A DNA stretch of 64,000 bases from Octopus bimaculoides (taxonomy: Eukaryota): positions 54,932,050 through 54,996,049 of the forward strand of contig NC_068983.1 of assembly GCF_001194135.2 (NCBI RefSeq), in the 5' to 3' direction. The notes below the pieces were generated by a model. The model saw only the letters and a program-made list of their open reading frames with translations. It was not told the origin of the DNA and did no database searches. Both the position numbers and the translations under genes were made by a program. Shown here piece after piece: positions 13,155 to 26,419 of the stretch (within the stretch, counting starts at the first letter, position 1; every line of letters begins with the position of its first letter).

Positions 13155-13705
13155 CAGTGGTTCTCAACTAGGGTCCATGTATGACTTTTGGGATCCCACA
13201 TAAGCAAAATAGTAAATTGGGGGTTCACAGTGGTATTTTAAGGGTCCACAAAGAAAAGAAAAAGGGAAAGGTTACTCTGGATGTATTTACTGCAAGAAAC
13301 AGGTTTCTTTCTCTAAAATTTTACACAGTTCAACCTATACAATGTGTGAAAAGCAAAATAAGAATTTTGAAAGGAGTTTCTATAAAACTAGTTTTCAAAC
13401 ATTGAATGGCTATGGGGGTCCACCAGAATAAAATAGTATTCAAAGGGGTCCATAGATAAAAAAATAGTTGAGAACCCCTACTTTAGATTTATATATTGGT
13501 ATGTATTGCAAGAAACAGCTAGATTTCTTTCTCTAACATTTTACATAGTTCAACTTATACAAGTTAATGTGTGAAAAAGCAAAATAGGAATTTTGAAAGA
13601 AGTTTCTATAAAATTCGTTTTTAAACATTAAATGGCTGTGGGGATCCACCAGAATAAAATAGTAATCAAAGGGGTTCATAGATAAAAAATGGTTGATAAC
13701 CACTA
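13155..13705. mobile_element. hAT/Charlie-like MITE with tandemly duplicated right end
   Basis: Left TIR CAGTGGTTCTCAAC; right TIRs GTTGAGAACCCCT (~13467-13479) and GTTGATAACCACT (~13692-13704); the ~200 bp preceding each right TIR are homologous. Confidence 0.75.
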
Positions 13706-14216
13706 CTATGAATTATTATGATCTCTTTTGTATAAGCTGCCTAGGTCCAGCTTATACTTTAAAATGAAATATTTCCTTCTCTACAAGCTGGTTAGGTTCA
13801 GTTTTGGTTAGGTCTGGCTTATACAGTTAAAATATATTCTTTTTTTTTATATAAGCTGTCTTGGGAGTTACATGGTGACCTCATTAGTGCTGGTGTCGTG
13901 TAAAAAGTTCCCTGTACACTCTATAAATAGGTTGGTATTAGGAAGGGCATCCAGCTGTAAAAGCCATGCCAAAACATGAAGTCCACTGGCTCACCAGATC
14001 CTGTCACACTGTCCAACCCATGCCAGCATGGAAGACAGATTTTAAATTAGGATTATGATGCCTGGGTCTAACTCATTCAAAAAATACAATATTTATTTTA
14101 TTTCGTGAGATGAATAACTCCAGCAAAATCATTACAAATGAGCAGCTCAGTATCATTTGCAGAATAAGCTCGTCATTGTTGCTGAGATTTTATTACTTCG
14201 AATATAATTAACTACA

Positions 14217-14772
14217 GGAGGTGCAATGGCCCAGTGATTAGCGCAGCGGACTCGCGGTCATAGGATCGCGGTTTCGATTCCCAGACTGGACGTTGTGAGT
14301 GTTTATTGAACGAAAACACCTAAAGCTCCACGAGGCTCCGGCAGGAGATGGTGGCGAACCCTGCTGTACTCTTTCACCACAACTTTCTAGTGGAGGCACA
14401 ATGGCCCAGTGGTTAGGGCAGCGGACTCGCGGTCATAAGGTCGCGGTTTCGATTCCCAGACTGGGCGTTGTGAGTGTTTATTGAACGAAAACACCTAAAG
14501 CTCCACGAGGCTCCGGCAGGGGATGGTGGCGAACCCTGCTGTACTCTTTCACCACAACTTTCTCTCACTCTTACTTCTTGTTTCTGTTGTGCCTGTAATT
14601 CAAAGGGTCAGCCTTGTCACTGTGTCACACTGAATATCCCCGAGAACTACGTTAAGGGTACACGTGTCTGTGGAGTGCTCAGCCACTTGCACGTTAATTT
14701 CACGAGCAGGCTGTTCCGTTGGTTGGATCAACTGGAAACCTCGACGTCGTAAGCGACGGACAACCAACAACA
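14217..14772 (+). mobile_element. SINE family C (tRNA-derived, (AAC)n tail) with duplicated 5' ~175 bp
   Basis: A box TGGCCCAGTGG, B box GGTTTCGATTCC; 13-bp TSD ATAATTAACTACA at 14204-14216 and 14773-14785. Confidence 0.92.
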
Positions 14773-16699
14773 ATAATTAACTACATTTTACTCCAACTTT
14801 TTGTTAGTTTATTGCTATTTTACTTTAATATATTCGTAGTTGAAATTACATTTTTTTTTTTTAGAGCATTGCAGCGACAGTAACTAAATAGTTTCTTTTT
14901 CTGACAGTGAAGTAAACAACTTGATCAAAGTAGTCTTTTCTGATTTCATCCCAAAACTGTAAATATTTGGCTTTACTGCATTTGAAAAATTTTAATATCT
15001 TGCATAGTTTCAAATGATTGTTGCAATTGAATTAGATGTGTCATAGGCCAGTACTGACTGAAACCTATCTTAAGTTTACGTCATACTTGCAGTAAAATGA
15101 TAATCATCATCATCATTTTAATGTCCGCTTTTCCATGGGTCAAATGGATTTTATTGAGACAGACTTTTGATGTAGGGACTTGAAGATGGGACGTATGAAT
15201 CATTCTTGGCAGTCAAAACCAAAAATCACTTGACAGTGGTTATTTGACAACATACACAATAGTCAATTCCTAAGCATGACAGAATGTATGGATCATTCTC
15301 AGTAGTCAGAACAAAGCATCAACACAATACCTCAAATAATAATAGAACACTGTATTTGCCAACTGAATGAAGTATGAGCCATTTGAAAAACTTTTGCTGA
15401 CAATGTTGCAATTAATTGCAATTAATTGATATGATAGCAATCAATTATTTAATTGGCAGTATGACTCCAATCAATTAATTGGACCAATGTATTGTAATTA
15501 ATTTTTTACAACCTCTACTTCTTACCACATAGCCACGCTTGCACCTAAATATTAACTCTGAGTATATCTCTTTTACTCTCTCTTCCATCTTCTCTCTGTA
15601 TGATATAAAGCATGCCTGGAGAAGTCAACGAACCAACCAACTTGGTTATTATTAATGTAACAAGCTGCCAGAATCGTTAGTATGCCAGACAAAACAAAAG
15701 GAAAAAAGAAAAATGCTTAACAACATTTCTTCTGGTTGTATATTCTGAGTTCAAATGCTGCTGAGGTTAACTTTGTTTTTTTATCCTTTCAAGGCTGATA
15801 AAAATAAGTACCAATTGTGCATTGCAGTCTGTGTTTTTGGCTTACCCCTCCCCTTAAACTTACTGGCCTTGAGCCAAAAATTTGAAAGCATTATTAAATA
15901 GAGATTGTTATTTTTTGAAATTTCTAGAACAGAATTAATTCAAATCAAACATAAAACGCCTGTATTTCTGTCTGACTTTTCATAATCTGTGGCATCAATG
16001 AATGACTTATTAAACTACTTATGGCAGGAAACAAAAAAGAAAAAAAAAGAGACTTTTGACACGTGTTTCTCAAGGACATTACACCGTGTAAATTACATGA
16101 ATAGATTCTGACTCTGAATTGCATCTATTCCACAGACATTACTTTCTAAATATTTAAAACCATTTAATGCAGCTTCTCTTAGTAATAATTATACATAATA
16201 GTTTTACATACAGCATAGTATGAACATAAATCTAACTCTCTATTTGGCTGGATATGTTGCTGGCTCATTATGATGGGTAGTAGCAATGTTGTTTATGACA
16301 GACCTCAAAATTGGGATGAGGGAGGGCAATGGGTGGTTATTGTCTTTTTTTAAAATTTTTTTTTTAGCTGCTGATGGTGTACGATGTTGTATTGATTGCA
16401 TTAGCACTTAACTAGTGCAATTCTAGACAGTTCACTATTGTATTACAGCAGCAGCATTTGATAGTTCAGAGGGAAGGTACAAATTTTGGCTGTAAAAGTA
16501 GAACAACTTATAATATACTTAGTGTTTGCTAGTATATACTTGCCACAAGTGTGTAATCATCAGCAAGCTGTAAGTCAAGAGATTATTACCATACAGTTTA
16601 TAGGATTTTCTCCTCAGTATCAGAACTGACTGAATTTCTTGTTCTAAATATTTTTAGGATCCATCCTGCCGGTCTTCTGCACATTGTTAGAAATTTAGT

Positions 16700-16880
16700 A
16701 ACACATCATCATCATCATTTTCTTCATCTTCATCATCATCATCATCATTTTCTTCATCATCACCATCATTTTCTTTTTCAACTTCTCCATCATCATCATC
16801 GTCATCATCATCTTCATTTTCATCATCTTCATCATCTTCATTTTCATCATCATCTTCATCATCATCTTTTTCTTCAACTT

Positions 16881-16922
<42 letters not shown>

Positions 16923-16945
16923 ATTCTTCATCATCATCGTGTTCA
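16700..16945. repeat. Compound (CAT)n / (CTT)n low-complexity tract
   Basis: Direct reading; adjoins a diverged element 3' end, so probably an expanded (GAT)n tail. Confidence 0.9.
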
Positions 16946-17639
16946 TCATCTAATATCCACTTTTCCATGTTTGGGTCAGATGGAAATTCATTGAGGTGGA
17001 TTTATTTCTTTTTACAAGTAGATGCCCTTCCTGTTGCCAACACTCAACTGTTTCCAAGCAAGGTAATACATCCCCATAACTAGCCATGTTTTGTTTCCCA
17101 TGGAAGACTGGAAATGAACAGCCTCATTTGTATGACAAAAATGCTCATTTACAACCATCATATAATGTCTAGATAAAAACACATACAAACACACACACAA
17201 TAGGCTTCTTTCAGTTTCTCTCACCAGATCCACTCACAAGGCTTATAGTAGAAGATACTTACCCAAGATTGCCATGCATTGGGATTGAACCCAAGACAGC
17301 ATGGTTGAGAAACAAGCTTCTTAACCAAACTGCCATTCCTGAACCTACTTCTACATGTATGAAATTAATTCCTGAATTTGGCACAAGTTCTTATTCTGAG
17401 ATTTCTATCTCTTTCGTTCTTGTCTATGTAGATAGCAAAATCTGAGATGACTGATAAGAACATTATTGAAACATTTTCAGCATTAAATTTCCAGATTCTT
17501 TTATCAGCTCACTTGTGTATATGGCATTAAAGTCTTTCTGAAGATTCCTGATATGATCGACACCAATGATAGCCTTTGAAAAGTTGATATCATTGACAGA
17601 AAATGAGGATGACTGTTTTAATAGCTACAGCTATTAGGC

Positions 17640-17798
17640 GCAGGCATGGCTGTGTGGTAAGAAGTTCGCTTACCAACCACATGGTTCCGGGTTCAGTCCC
17701 ACTGCATGGCACCTTGGGCAAGTGTCTTCTATTATAGCCTTGGGCTCACCAAGGCCTTGTGGGTGGATTTGGTCAACAGAAACTGAAGGAAGCCCATC

Positions 17799-17834
<36 letters not shown>

Positions 17835-17869
17835 TTGTGTGTCTGTGTTTGTTCCCCCAACATCGCTTG
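17640..17869 (+). mobile_element. SINE family A, 3'-truncated
   Basis: GCAGGCATGGCTGTGTGGTAAG..GGGTTCAGTCCCACTG; stops at CATCGCTTG. Confidence 0.85.
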
Positions 17870-18358
17870 GCCATTTCTCATCTTGTATGAGGAATACCAA
17901 ATGTCTTCATGTACTACCTGCCTGATAAGAAACTGAGACACTCCCATGTCCCTGGTAATGGACCTGATTGTCTTGGAGGGATCATTGTCAATCATACCTG
18001 GATCTCACCAACAAATTCAGGTGTTCTTTTCTTATCAGAATGAGTTTTCAGAGCTGCTGTACCTTTGTAATCATCATTAGACTCATCCAGCTCTTTCCAA
18101 ATCCTCTGCACTGTCCTCAGATTGACACGCAAACACTCTGAAATGTTCGTATTGGAGCTTCTGGCACGAATGCCATGCAGTATAGCATGTCGTTTCCAAA
18201 TTTCTGACAGAGTGAATTACATCATGGTGCTGTTTTTCTCACAGACAATGCCCAACTGACCCTGCTATACTGTGTAGTTGACAAAATCAAAAACAAGCAA
18301 TTCGCATGCACGAAATTACAAAGATAAAATGTCAACAATTTACTCAGTGCACCCTGTA
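17867..18358 (-). mobile_element. Tc1/mariner (maT/DD37D-like) 5' fragment with transposase N-terminus
   Basis: Minus strand starts TACAGGGTGCACTGAG (TA site, mariner-type TIR). It reads FTLSEIWKRHAILHGIRARSSNTNISECLRVNLRTVQRIWKELD..KRTPEFVGEIQVMIDNDPSKTIRSITRDMGVSQFLIRQVVHED, a double HTH-like region. Confidence 0.75.
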
Positions 18359-19169
18359 TATATATCTGAAATATGATGGGCTTCTTTCAGTTTCCATCTG
18401 TGAAATCCATTTGGAAGTCTTTAGTCAAGACTGTAGTAAAAGACATTTGTCCCCAGGTGCTGTGCAAAGAGACTGAACCCAAAACCATGCGGTTGGGAAT
18501 CAAACTTCTTAGTGAAATGTTACAAACAGTAATGAACCGTTGTCCCAAAAAGTTCCTAGGTGTGGGGCAGGGGTACTCTGAGTTGTTGCCAAGTTTTGAA
18601 AATGTACTGTTGACAACAACACATTTATCTTTGTCAATTCAATAGGCATACAACTGTTCTGCTGTTCTACCAGCCATGCTGGGATTTCACAGTTTGTGGC
18701 TTATAATAATCCCATAACTAAATTTTGTTTTTTTTGTTTTTCAAAGTTCAGCTCTATCTGAATTTCGTAAATGTAGATTTTTGCATTTGATTTATTAAAC
18801 AGCTGCTACTAAATCTAGTCATTATGTTACAATGACTTTGGGAGGACACTGCTACCTGAGGAGAAAATTGTGATAAGTATCAGAATTTGAGTATAAACTA
18901 GCATATATTACTAAGTCATTCTTTTCTAAGAACATAAACAGGCTTTTGTATTGATGACCTGAACTCACTTGGGTTTTATATTTATCAGCTTGCGAAGACC
19001 TGTTGGGGCCAGTGAGATCGAAACTGAACCAAATTCTTTTCTTGTAATTCTCTCCATTAGTTTGTCTGCAATTATTACTCTAGAGCTGTAGGTGCAACTA
19101 TTTATTTTTATGTTCAAGAGTCCAGCTGGAGGGTAAAATTAGACACAGGGGTCCCGGTCTTACTCACTC

Positions 19170-19445
19170 ACTTGTGCTTTTGTTTGAGAGGGGTGGTTTC
19201 ATCCCATGTTAGTGGTCCCACAGGCATCATCATGCATAGAACCAACCAGGTCTACCAGTGCCCCTCTTAGCTGGCGGTCCCATGCCAGACCCTCTGCATC
19301 CTCCAAGATGATGTTGAGCCTCTGGAAATCTTCCTTAATCGCATCTGGTCATCTGGTGCAGACCCTTCCATGGGGTGTCCTTCTGCCTGCAGCTGCTACC
19401 TCGAACGAGAGGGTTAGAATGACAGAAAACGTCCTCTGCTGGATT
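19170..19445 (-). mobile_element. Degenerate RTE-like LINE 3' end with (GAGT)n-like tail
   Basis: Minus strand RRTPHGRVCTR*PDAIKEDFQRLNIILEDAEGLAWDRQLRGALV resembles the RPRGRP..W.D.I..D....A.DR..WR C-terminus. Confidence 0.55.
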
Positions 19446-19530
19446 TGAATTTTGTCTGGTGTAGTAAAGCCCCTACTGTATTTATTCCAGTATAATAAAA
19501 CCTCAAATAAAAAGTAACCCACCAACACCT

Positions 19531-19730
19531 CTCTTTTACTCTTTCATTTGTTACAGTCATCTGACTGCGGCCACGCTGGAGCACTGCTTTTAGTCAAACT
19601 AATCAACTCCAGGACTTATTTTTTGTAAGCCTAGTACTTATTCTATCAGTCACTTTTGCCGAACTGCTAAGTTACGGGGATGTAAACACACCAGCATTGG
19701 TTGTCAAGCGATGGTAGGGGGACAAGCACA

Positions 19731-19770
<40 letters not shown>

Positions 19771-19928
19771 CGACGGGCTTCTTTCAGTTTCTCTCTACCA
19801 AATCCACTCACAAGGCTTTGGTCGGTCCGAGGCTCTAGTAGAAAACACTTGCCCAAGGTGCCACGCAGTGGGACTGAACCCGGAGCTATGTGGTTGGTAA
19901 GCAAGCTACTTAGCACAGAGCCACTCTG
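19531..19928 (-). mobile_element. SINE family A, full length
   Basis: Colinear with 24659-25068. Confidence 0.9.
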
Positions 19929-20345
19929 CTTCTCATATTTAAAAAAACAAAAATATATTTTATCTCTTGAGCACAACTTTGACCCTGATGGTGCCTATGG
20001 AATTCCTTGCATAGAAATACAGTAATTAAATCCTGCAAGATATTTAACCAAACATTATGGCAATTGTAACGATTATCTTGAAGAAGTCTTAAACAAATAG
20101 AGATAAATGTCTCGCGAAGGGGCACAACACAACTCTTGCTGCTAAATATAAATATATCACATGATGAGGATACTCTATCTTCGCTTTGGTATTCACTCTA
20201 TGACTACCACTAGCATGGTGATAGTGATTGTAGCAATAATAATAATAATTACAATAATATTACTGCTTGTTATTTCCTCATTATTTTCATCTTCTTATCG
20301 TCATTATAAAAACAACACGATAATGATAATAATAATAAATAAATA

Positions 20346-20894
20346 AATGCCTGGATGCAGTACCAGGCAGTGGCTCTCATGGCTTCTGATCTTAATTGAT
20401 TGGAAGTGTTATCATGTACAGTGTTTTGTCTTGGTATAAAAGATGGGCTACAGCAAATATTCTGCTCAATACCACAGGTTTGCTTGCCAGTTATTTGACC
20501 TTAACCAGTTGAGCAGGTCCCTTGGTGGCTGACGATATGTGCATCTCTGATCATGAGCAGAAGTAGTGGTGGAGCATCATAGCCATGTGTTGAGAGGAAT
20601 TCTTTGAGGTTTGAATAATTCACCTTTGGAAACATGGGTGTTTTGCTCAACATCCTTAAACAAACCTTATTCAGGGACCTTTTGAGTGGCATGGGCTACT
20701 CGACCTGAAGAAAATTCTAACTGGGCCCCACCTGTGAGGTCATGCGCTGTTTATTTTGATATGAGATCACCATGTCGCGCACATATGGTTGTGATGCATG
20801 TGCCTGGTGTACCCTTATCAGATGGGTAGTCATGATGGGTATATTGGGTTTCATATATTTTACCCCAGTGTCACTTTGATGGTATGCACTGCTC

Positions 20895-20895
<1 letters not shown>
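20346..20895. mobile_element. Family E element, copy 2 (longer)
   Basis: Homologous to 1983-2505 and includes a ~40-bp segment missing from copy 1; AAT repeats on both sides. Confidence 0.85.
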
Positions 20896-20933
<38 letters not shown>

Positions 20934-20979
20934 TAATAATAATAATCCTTTCTAATTTTGACATGGCAGAATAATAATA

Positions 20980-21402
20980 ATACTTTCTACTATTGGCACA
21001 AGGCCTGAAATTTTGGAGGTGTGGGATAGTCGATTACATTAGCACCATTGCTCAACTGGTACTATTTTATTGACCCCATGAAGATGAAAGACAAAGTCGA
21101 TTTTGACAGAATTTGAACTTGAAATGTAATAATAATAATAATAATAATAATGATTATAATAATAATCCTTTCTACTAAAGGCACAAATCCTGAAATTTTG
21201 GAGGGGGGGACTAGTCGATTTTAGAGGAGGGGGATAAGTTGATTACATTGACCCCAATGCTCAACTGGTACTTATTTTATCGACCCAGAAATGATGAAAG
21301 GCAAAGTTAACCTTGGTAGAATTTGAAATCAGAATGTAAAGACGGATGAAATACCACTAAGCATTTTGTCTGGTGTGCTACCAATTCTGCCAGTTTTCCA
21401 CC

Positions 21403-21452
<50 letters not shown>

Positions 21453-21671
21453 CATAATCATTTCCACTATAAGCATAAGGCATGAAATTTGGTGGTAGGG
21501 GACTAGTTGATTACTTCTTCCCTAGTGTTTGACTGGTACTTAATTTATTGACCTTGAAAGGATGAAGGCAAAGTCAACCTCAGTGGAATCTGAACACAGA
21601 ACATAAAGATGGACAAAAGCCACTAAGCGTTTTGCCTGGCATGCTAACAATTCTGGTAGCTTTTCACCTGA

Positions 21672-21706
<35 letters not shown>

Positions 21707-21920
21707 GGTTTCAAATTTTGTCACAAGAGCAGCAACTTCGGGTAAAGGGATGAGTCTATCACATCGACCCCAGTGTTCAACTGGTACTTACTTTATAGAC
21801 CCCGAAAGGATGAAAGGCAAGGTCGACCTCGGTGGAATTTGAACCCAAAATGTAAAGAGAGATGAAATGCTGCTCAGCATTTTTCCCGGTGTGCTAACGA
21901 TTCTGCCAGCTCGCTGCCTT
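20980..21920 (-). mobile_element. Head-to-tail array of four family B SINEs separated by (AAT)n
   Basis: Copies at about 20980-21127, 21165-21403, 21456-21670 and 21706-21920, each with the GAAAGGATGAAAGGCAAAG core. Confidence 0.85.
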
Positions 21921-22292
21921 GAATAATAGGAATAATCTTATTTAATTTTGGCAAAAGACCTGCAATTTTGAAGTGGGGGTGGGGTGGAGTGTGATAACCA
22001 GTGTTGGTGTGTTTATGTCCCTGTAACTTAGAGACCAATAGAATAAGCAACAGGCTTAAAAAAAATGCGTACTTAGGTCAATTCATTTAACTAAAAATGC
22101 TTCAAGGTGATGCCCCAGCATGGCCACAGTCTAATGACTGGAACAAATAGGTTGTTGGTAGATTGACTTAGTACTGGAAGGAATGGCTGGCTTCCAGTGT
22201 TTTTTTAGTCGCAAAGTCGGTGAGTTCAAATTCCTTCAGAGCTGACTTTTTCCTGACATCTTACTGGGTTGGGTGCAGAGGTGGCGGCGTTG

Positions 22293-22324
<32 letters not shown>

Positions 22325-22759
22325 GATCTCATTAAAACAAACATCGGGTAATGAACTGAAGATCAGTGCACACGTCTACCCCCATTCCATCCATCCCTCT
22401 ATAAATATGTGGCCTTCTGCCAAAATCCGCAATTAATATTTTCTTGTTAAAAGCCCCTCTGAGCTATGAGGAAATGGAACGCAAAAGGGTGAGATTGTAG
22501 CGTCTGTATATATTTCATACAGCTTATTGTTCAATAAGTGAGGCCATTACAACTGGTTGTTGCTCTAAAACTGGGTCATTAAACTAAAACACTACCAACC
22601 AATATTAACTGTAATAGTTATTGATCAGTAGAGTTAGGTGCAGTCTTTAGAGACTGATTCTGACATCATGCATTTGTATTTGACAAAAATAAGTTATCCA
22701 TCATGGTGATGGAAAAGTTTTTTCCTTCCAATGGAAAAAAAAAAAAGCTTTCAAGAGAC

Positions 22760-22975
22760 GTAGCGTCTGTGAGGATGAGGTGAGGTGTAGTGGAGGGGGT
22801 GGTGACAGTGATCCTCACTATCATTGTCGTCATCATCACCACCACCACCACCATCATCATTACCACCACCATCTCCATCATCATCATCATCATCATCTCC
22901 ATCAATAATCACCATCACCACCATCATCACTATCATCAGCATTGTCGTCATCATCCCTACGTCATCATCATGATT
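22760..22975. repeat. (CAT/CAC)n low-complexity tract
   Basis: Direct reading. Confidence 0.85.
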
Positions 22976-23274
22976 GTGTTACTGCTACACATACTGTTTC
23001 AAAACATTTGCCTCTATGCCCCCCCCCCACCTACCTTTCTATATTGATGTCATAAGACAGTGGCTATTTATGTGTGTTTACTTTCGGGTTCTTTTCTGTT
23101 ATTTTTCTTTGAATATTTCATGCTAAGAAATCAATGCTTTCACCTTTACATCCATCATTACCTGACTGCTTGGAGGCTTGACTCAGTTGTCCAGCTATAG
23201 CTAAATAACAATAAAGATAACAATGAAAGACGTATATGTACAAAGAATGACAGATATTTTCAAAGACTAAATCG

Positions 23275-23520
<246 letters not shown>

Positions 23521-24658
23521 CAGGCACAGAAGGCTTAGTAAGTTATGGAGATAGAGTGACTATGGAAGTCTATTAGTACAATGTTAACTATATAATAATA
23601 TATCATAATAATAATATATATACTCCGAGTATAACTGAAAATGCTGAACTATTGAGAAATCTGCAATTACTGTATCCAGATTAAAAGTTAAGGTTTATAC
23701 TTGTAATTATTAGGGCTCTAAGACGACAGATCCAATCCAGTACTGGAACTGTAAAAATTTGCAAAACTTTCCACAAGTTTATCATTTAAATATATATGAG
23801 CATGTCTAGATATGTAACTATATGCATGGAAATACATACATAAAACATACAAATCTGTACAGACAAACAAACAAAAATACCCTGTTGTTGATGTTGAAAT
23901 TCCAATGAAGGAGCCTTAGATCTTGGTTAGAAACCGGCTCTTTCTCTATTGGCAAGAAATCTTGAAATAAACTGAATAATGACATACATACATATGTATG
24001 TAAAGGGATTTTTTTTTCTTTTGTATTAGAGGCAAGGCTGGTTTTTCTAGCTGATGTAGTTTATAGAGAAGTAGATGAATTCCAGTGTATTACTGGTATT
24101 TAATTAACTCACATTTGTTGGATGAGAAAATGCAGTTGACCTTTGTAAGTTTTCAGCTGCTAATCTCAAAGAGCTAAATATAACATTACAGTAAGATTAC
24201 CATCAAGTCCCCCACCCCTTACCTGAGACATTGACATCTTTCCACAAGCATAAAGCTTGAAATTTATAGAATAATCAAAGGCATTCATGCTTTTCCACAA
24301 AGGATTTTTGTCTAGTATTTGAAGTAAATACCTGTAGCTTGCTTATTTGGCTTGTTTGAATTTCTTATTCATCTCCAGAAAGTATTGTGATGTTTCAGCT
24401 TAAAAGGTCTGAAGTATGAAGAGACACTTCTCCTGGATAGGATGACTGTCCACTGCAGGCTTCTCACTCATCTGTGACATTTAACTCTAGAGTAGAAACA
24501 GACATGGGCACTTCTGTATGGTTGTTTGACCTATTAGAAAGATCACACGCTAACAAATTAAGCAAAACAAAAAAAGAAAGTAAAAAGAAAAAGGAAGGAT
24601 ACAGTTAAGTGTAGTCCTAGATTATTTAAAAATAAAATAAAATTTAGTAGAATTAGGA

Positions 24659-24812
24659 GTGGCTGTGTGGTAAGTAGCTTGTTTAAGAACCACATGGTTC
24701 TGGGTTTAGTCCCACTGCGTGGCACCTTGGGCAAGTGTCTTCTACTATAGCTTCGGGCCGACCAAACCCTTGTGAGTGGATTTGGTAGACGGAAACTGAA
24801 AGAAACCTATCG

Positions 24813-24847
<35 letters not shown>

Positions 24848-25068
24848 GCGTGTGTATGTTTGTGTGTCTGTGTTTGTCTCCCCACCATCGCTTGACAACC
24901 GATGCTGGTGTGTTTAGGTCCCTGTAACTTAGCGGTTCGGCAAAAAGAAACCGATAGAATAAGTACTAGGCTTACAAAGAATAAATCCTGGGGTCGATCT
25001 GCTCGACTAAAGGCGGTGCTCCAGCATGGCCACAGTCAAATGACTGAAACAAGTAAAAGAGTAAAAAG
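24659..25068 (+). mobile_element. SINE family A, best-preserved copy
   Basis: 10-bp TSD AGAATTAGGA at 24649-24658 and 25069-25078; A/B-box-like head, internal (TA)n(TG)n, (GTAAAAGA) tail. Confidence 0.93.
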
Positions 25069-26419
25069 AGAATTAGGAAGACATATATAGTACCTCACAC
25101 ATTTATTCATTATCATCTCCCAAATTTCCTTAAAACACATGTCCTCCAGTTGTTGCAAATATGGCATTAGCCAAATCTTTAGTATAGCTTCAATATCAAC
25201 TCATAATAAAAATAGACCTGTTATCTCTTTTGGACCACCAAGCTCATCCTTATCTCTTACTTTTTTTCCTTTTTTGTTCTGGTAGTGGTGGATGCAAAAC
25301 ATCTTAAGCATGCTTTTAATAAGGTCAAGATAAAGTCAACAACCAATGCAGGCAATACCAGAGTTGTTTTTGTGTCATACAAAGAGTTTTATAAAATATC
25401 ATTGAATGTGAGACTGAAAAATAAGTTGATTAGGTACATGTGTGGCTGTTATGGTTCAAAAGTTTGGTTATGAATCACATGAATTTGGGTTCAGTCTCAT
25501 TGCATGGCACCCGGCCCAAGTGCATTCTGCTGTAGGTATGGGCTGAGCAAAGCTGTGTGAGTGGATTTGGTTGATGGAAACTGAAAGAAGCCCATCATTA
25601 AGTTGGAATCTAATGTGAATATAATGAGAATACTAAACAAGTTTTGTAGATGTATAATTCTCCATTCTTCTTTATGTTATGATGTCATCATTATATACTC
25701 TGTATGCTATATATTTGTGTGTGTATACTGGGGGTGTATGTATGTTTGTGTCGTCTTTTCTTGTCATTATATGATTGTTGTAAATGAGTGTCACCGTTAT
25801 ACAAGCAACATCATTCTATATTTAGCAAAAACATGTCTGGCTATGCTTGAAAATAGGTGAAGGTTGGTGACAGAAAGGGCATCTGGCCTGTGAGAAAAAA
25901 CAAATCTGCTCCAATAAACTGTCCAACTCTTACAAGCATAGAAAAGTGAACTTTAAAATGATGATGATGATGATAAAGATGATGTGACTTGAGAGTACAA
26001 AGGATCACATGTGTATATGACAATCTTTTGTTAAACTATGTATATGACATGGTATAACAATGTTCATGACCTTTGGAAGTTTCTTCAGAATGTTGAAATT
26101 AATGTGAGTGGTTGATGTTCTTTTTTTATTTAGAAATAATACATTTCTAAATCTCTCAGAGAGATTTATGCAGTAGTGATACGATGAAGTAGTTGTATGC
26201 TGTCAACTTAATGTGACAGTCCCCTGAAAGGAATAATACTACTGTTGGTTAGACTTAGGAAGCTGCACCACTTCCTGTCGGCTTTGACACATTTCCTGTG
26301 TCCTTATGTTGGTTGATGTTCTGTTTTAAACAGAAGATTGGGCAAATGTTTAATATAAAGTTTGACGGGCAAAACAATAGGGTCAATAAGAGAAAGAGAA
26401 ATGGGTACATTGGGCATGT

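Noticed and set aside
16687-16968. Acidic poly-D/E ORF and poly-M/K ORF on the minus strand
   Set aside because: Translation of a (GAT)n-type tract adjoining a repeat 3' end; no splice signals or domain.
22790-23047. His/Ile-rich ORF
   Set aside because: Low-complexity (CAT/CAC)n tract.
26334-26404. Phase 0-2 open segment KIGQMFNIKFDGQNNRVNKRKRN as an alternative to PDE exon 2
   Set aside because: Weak donor (GG|gtacat), little similarity to GAF sequence, and such segments are expected by chance in 45 kb; 48064-48125 fits far better.
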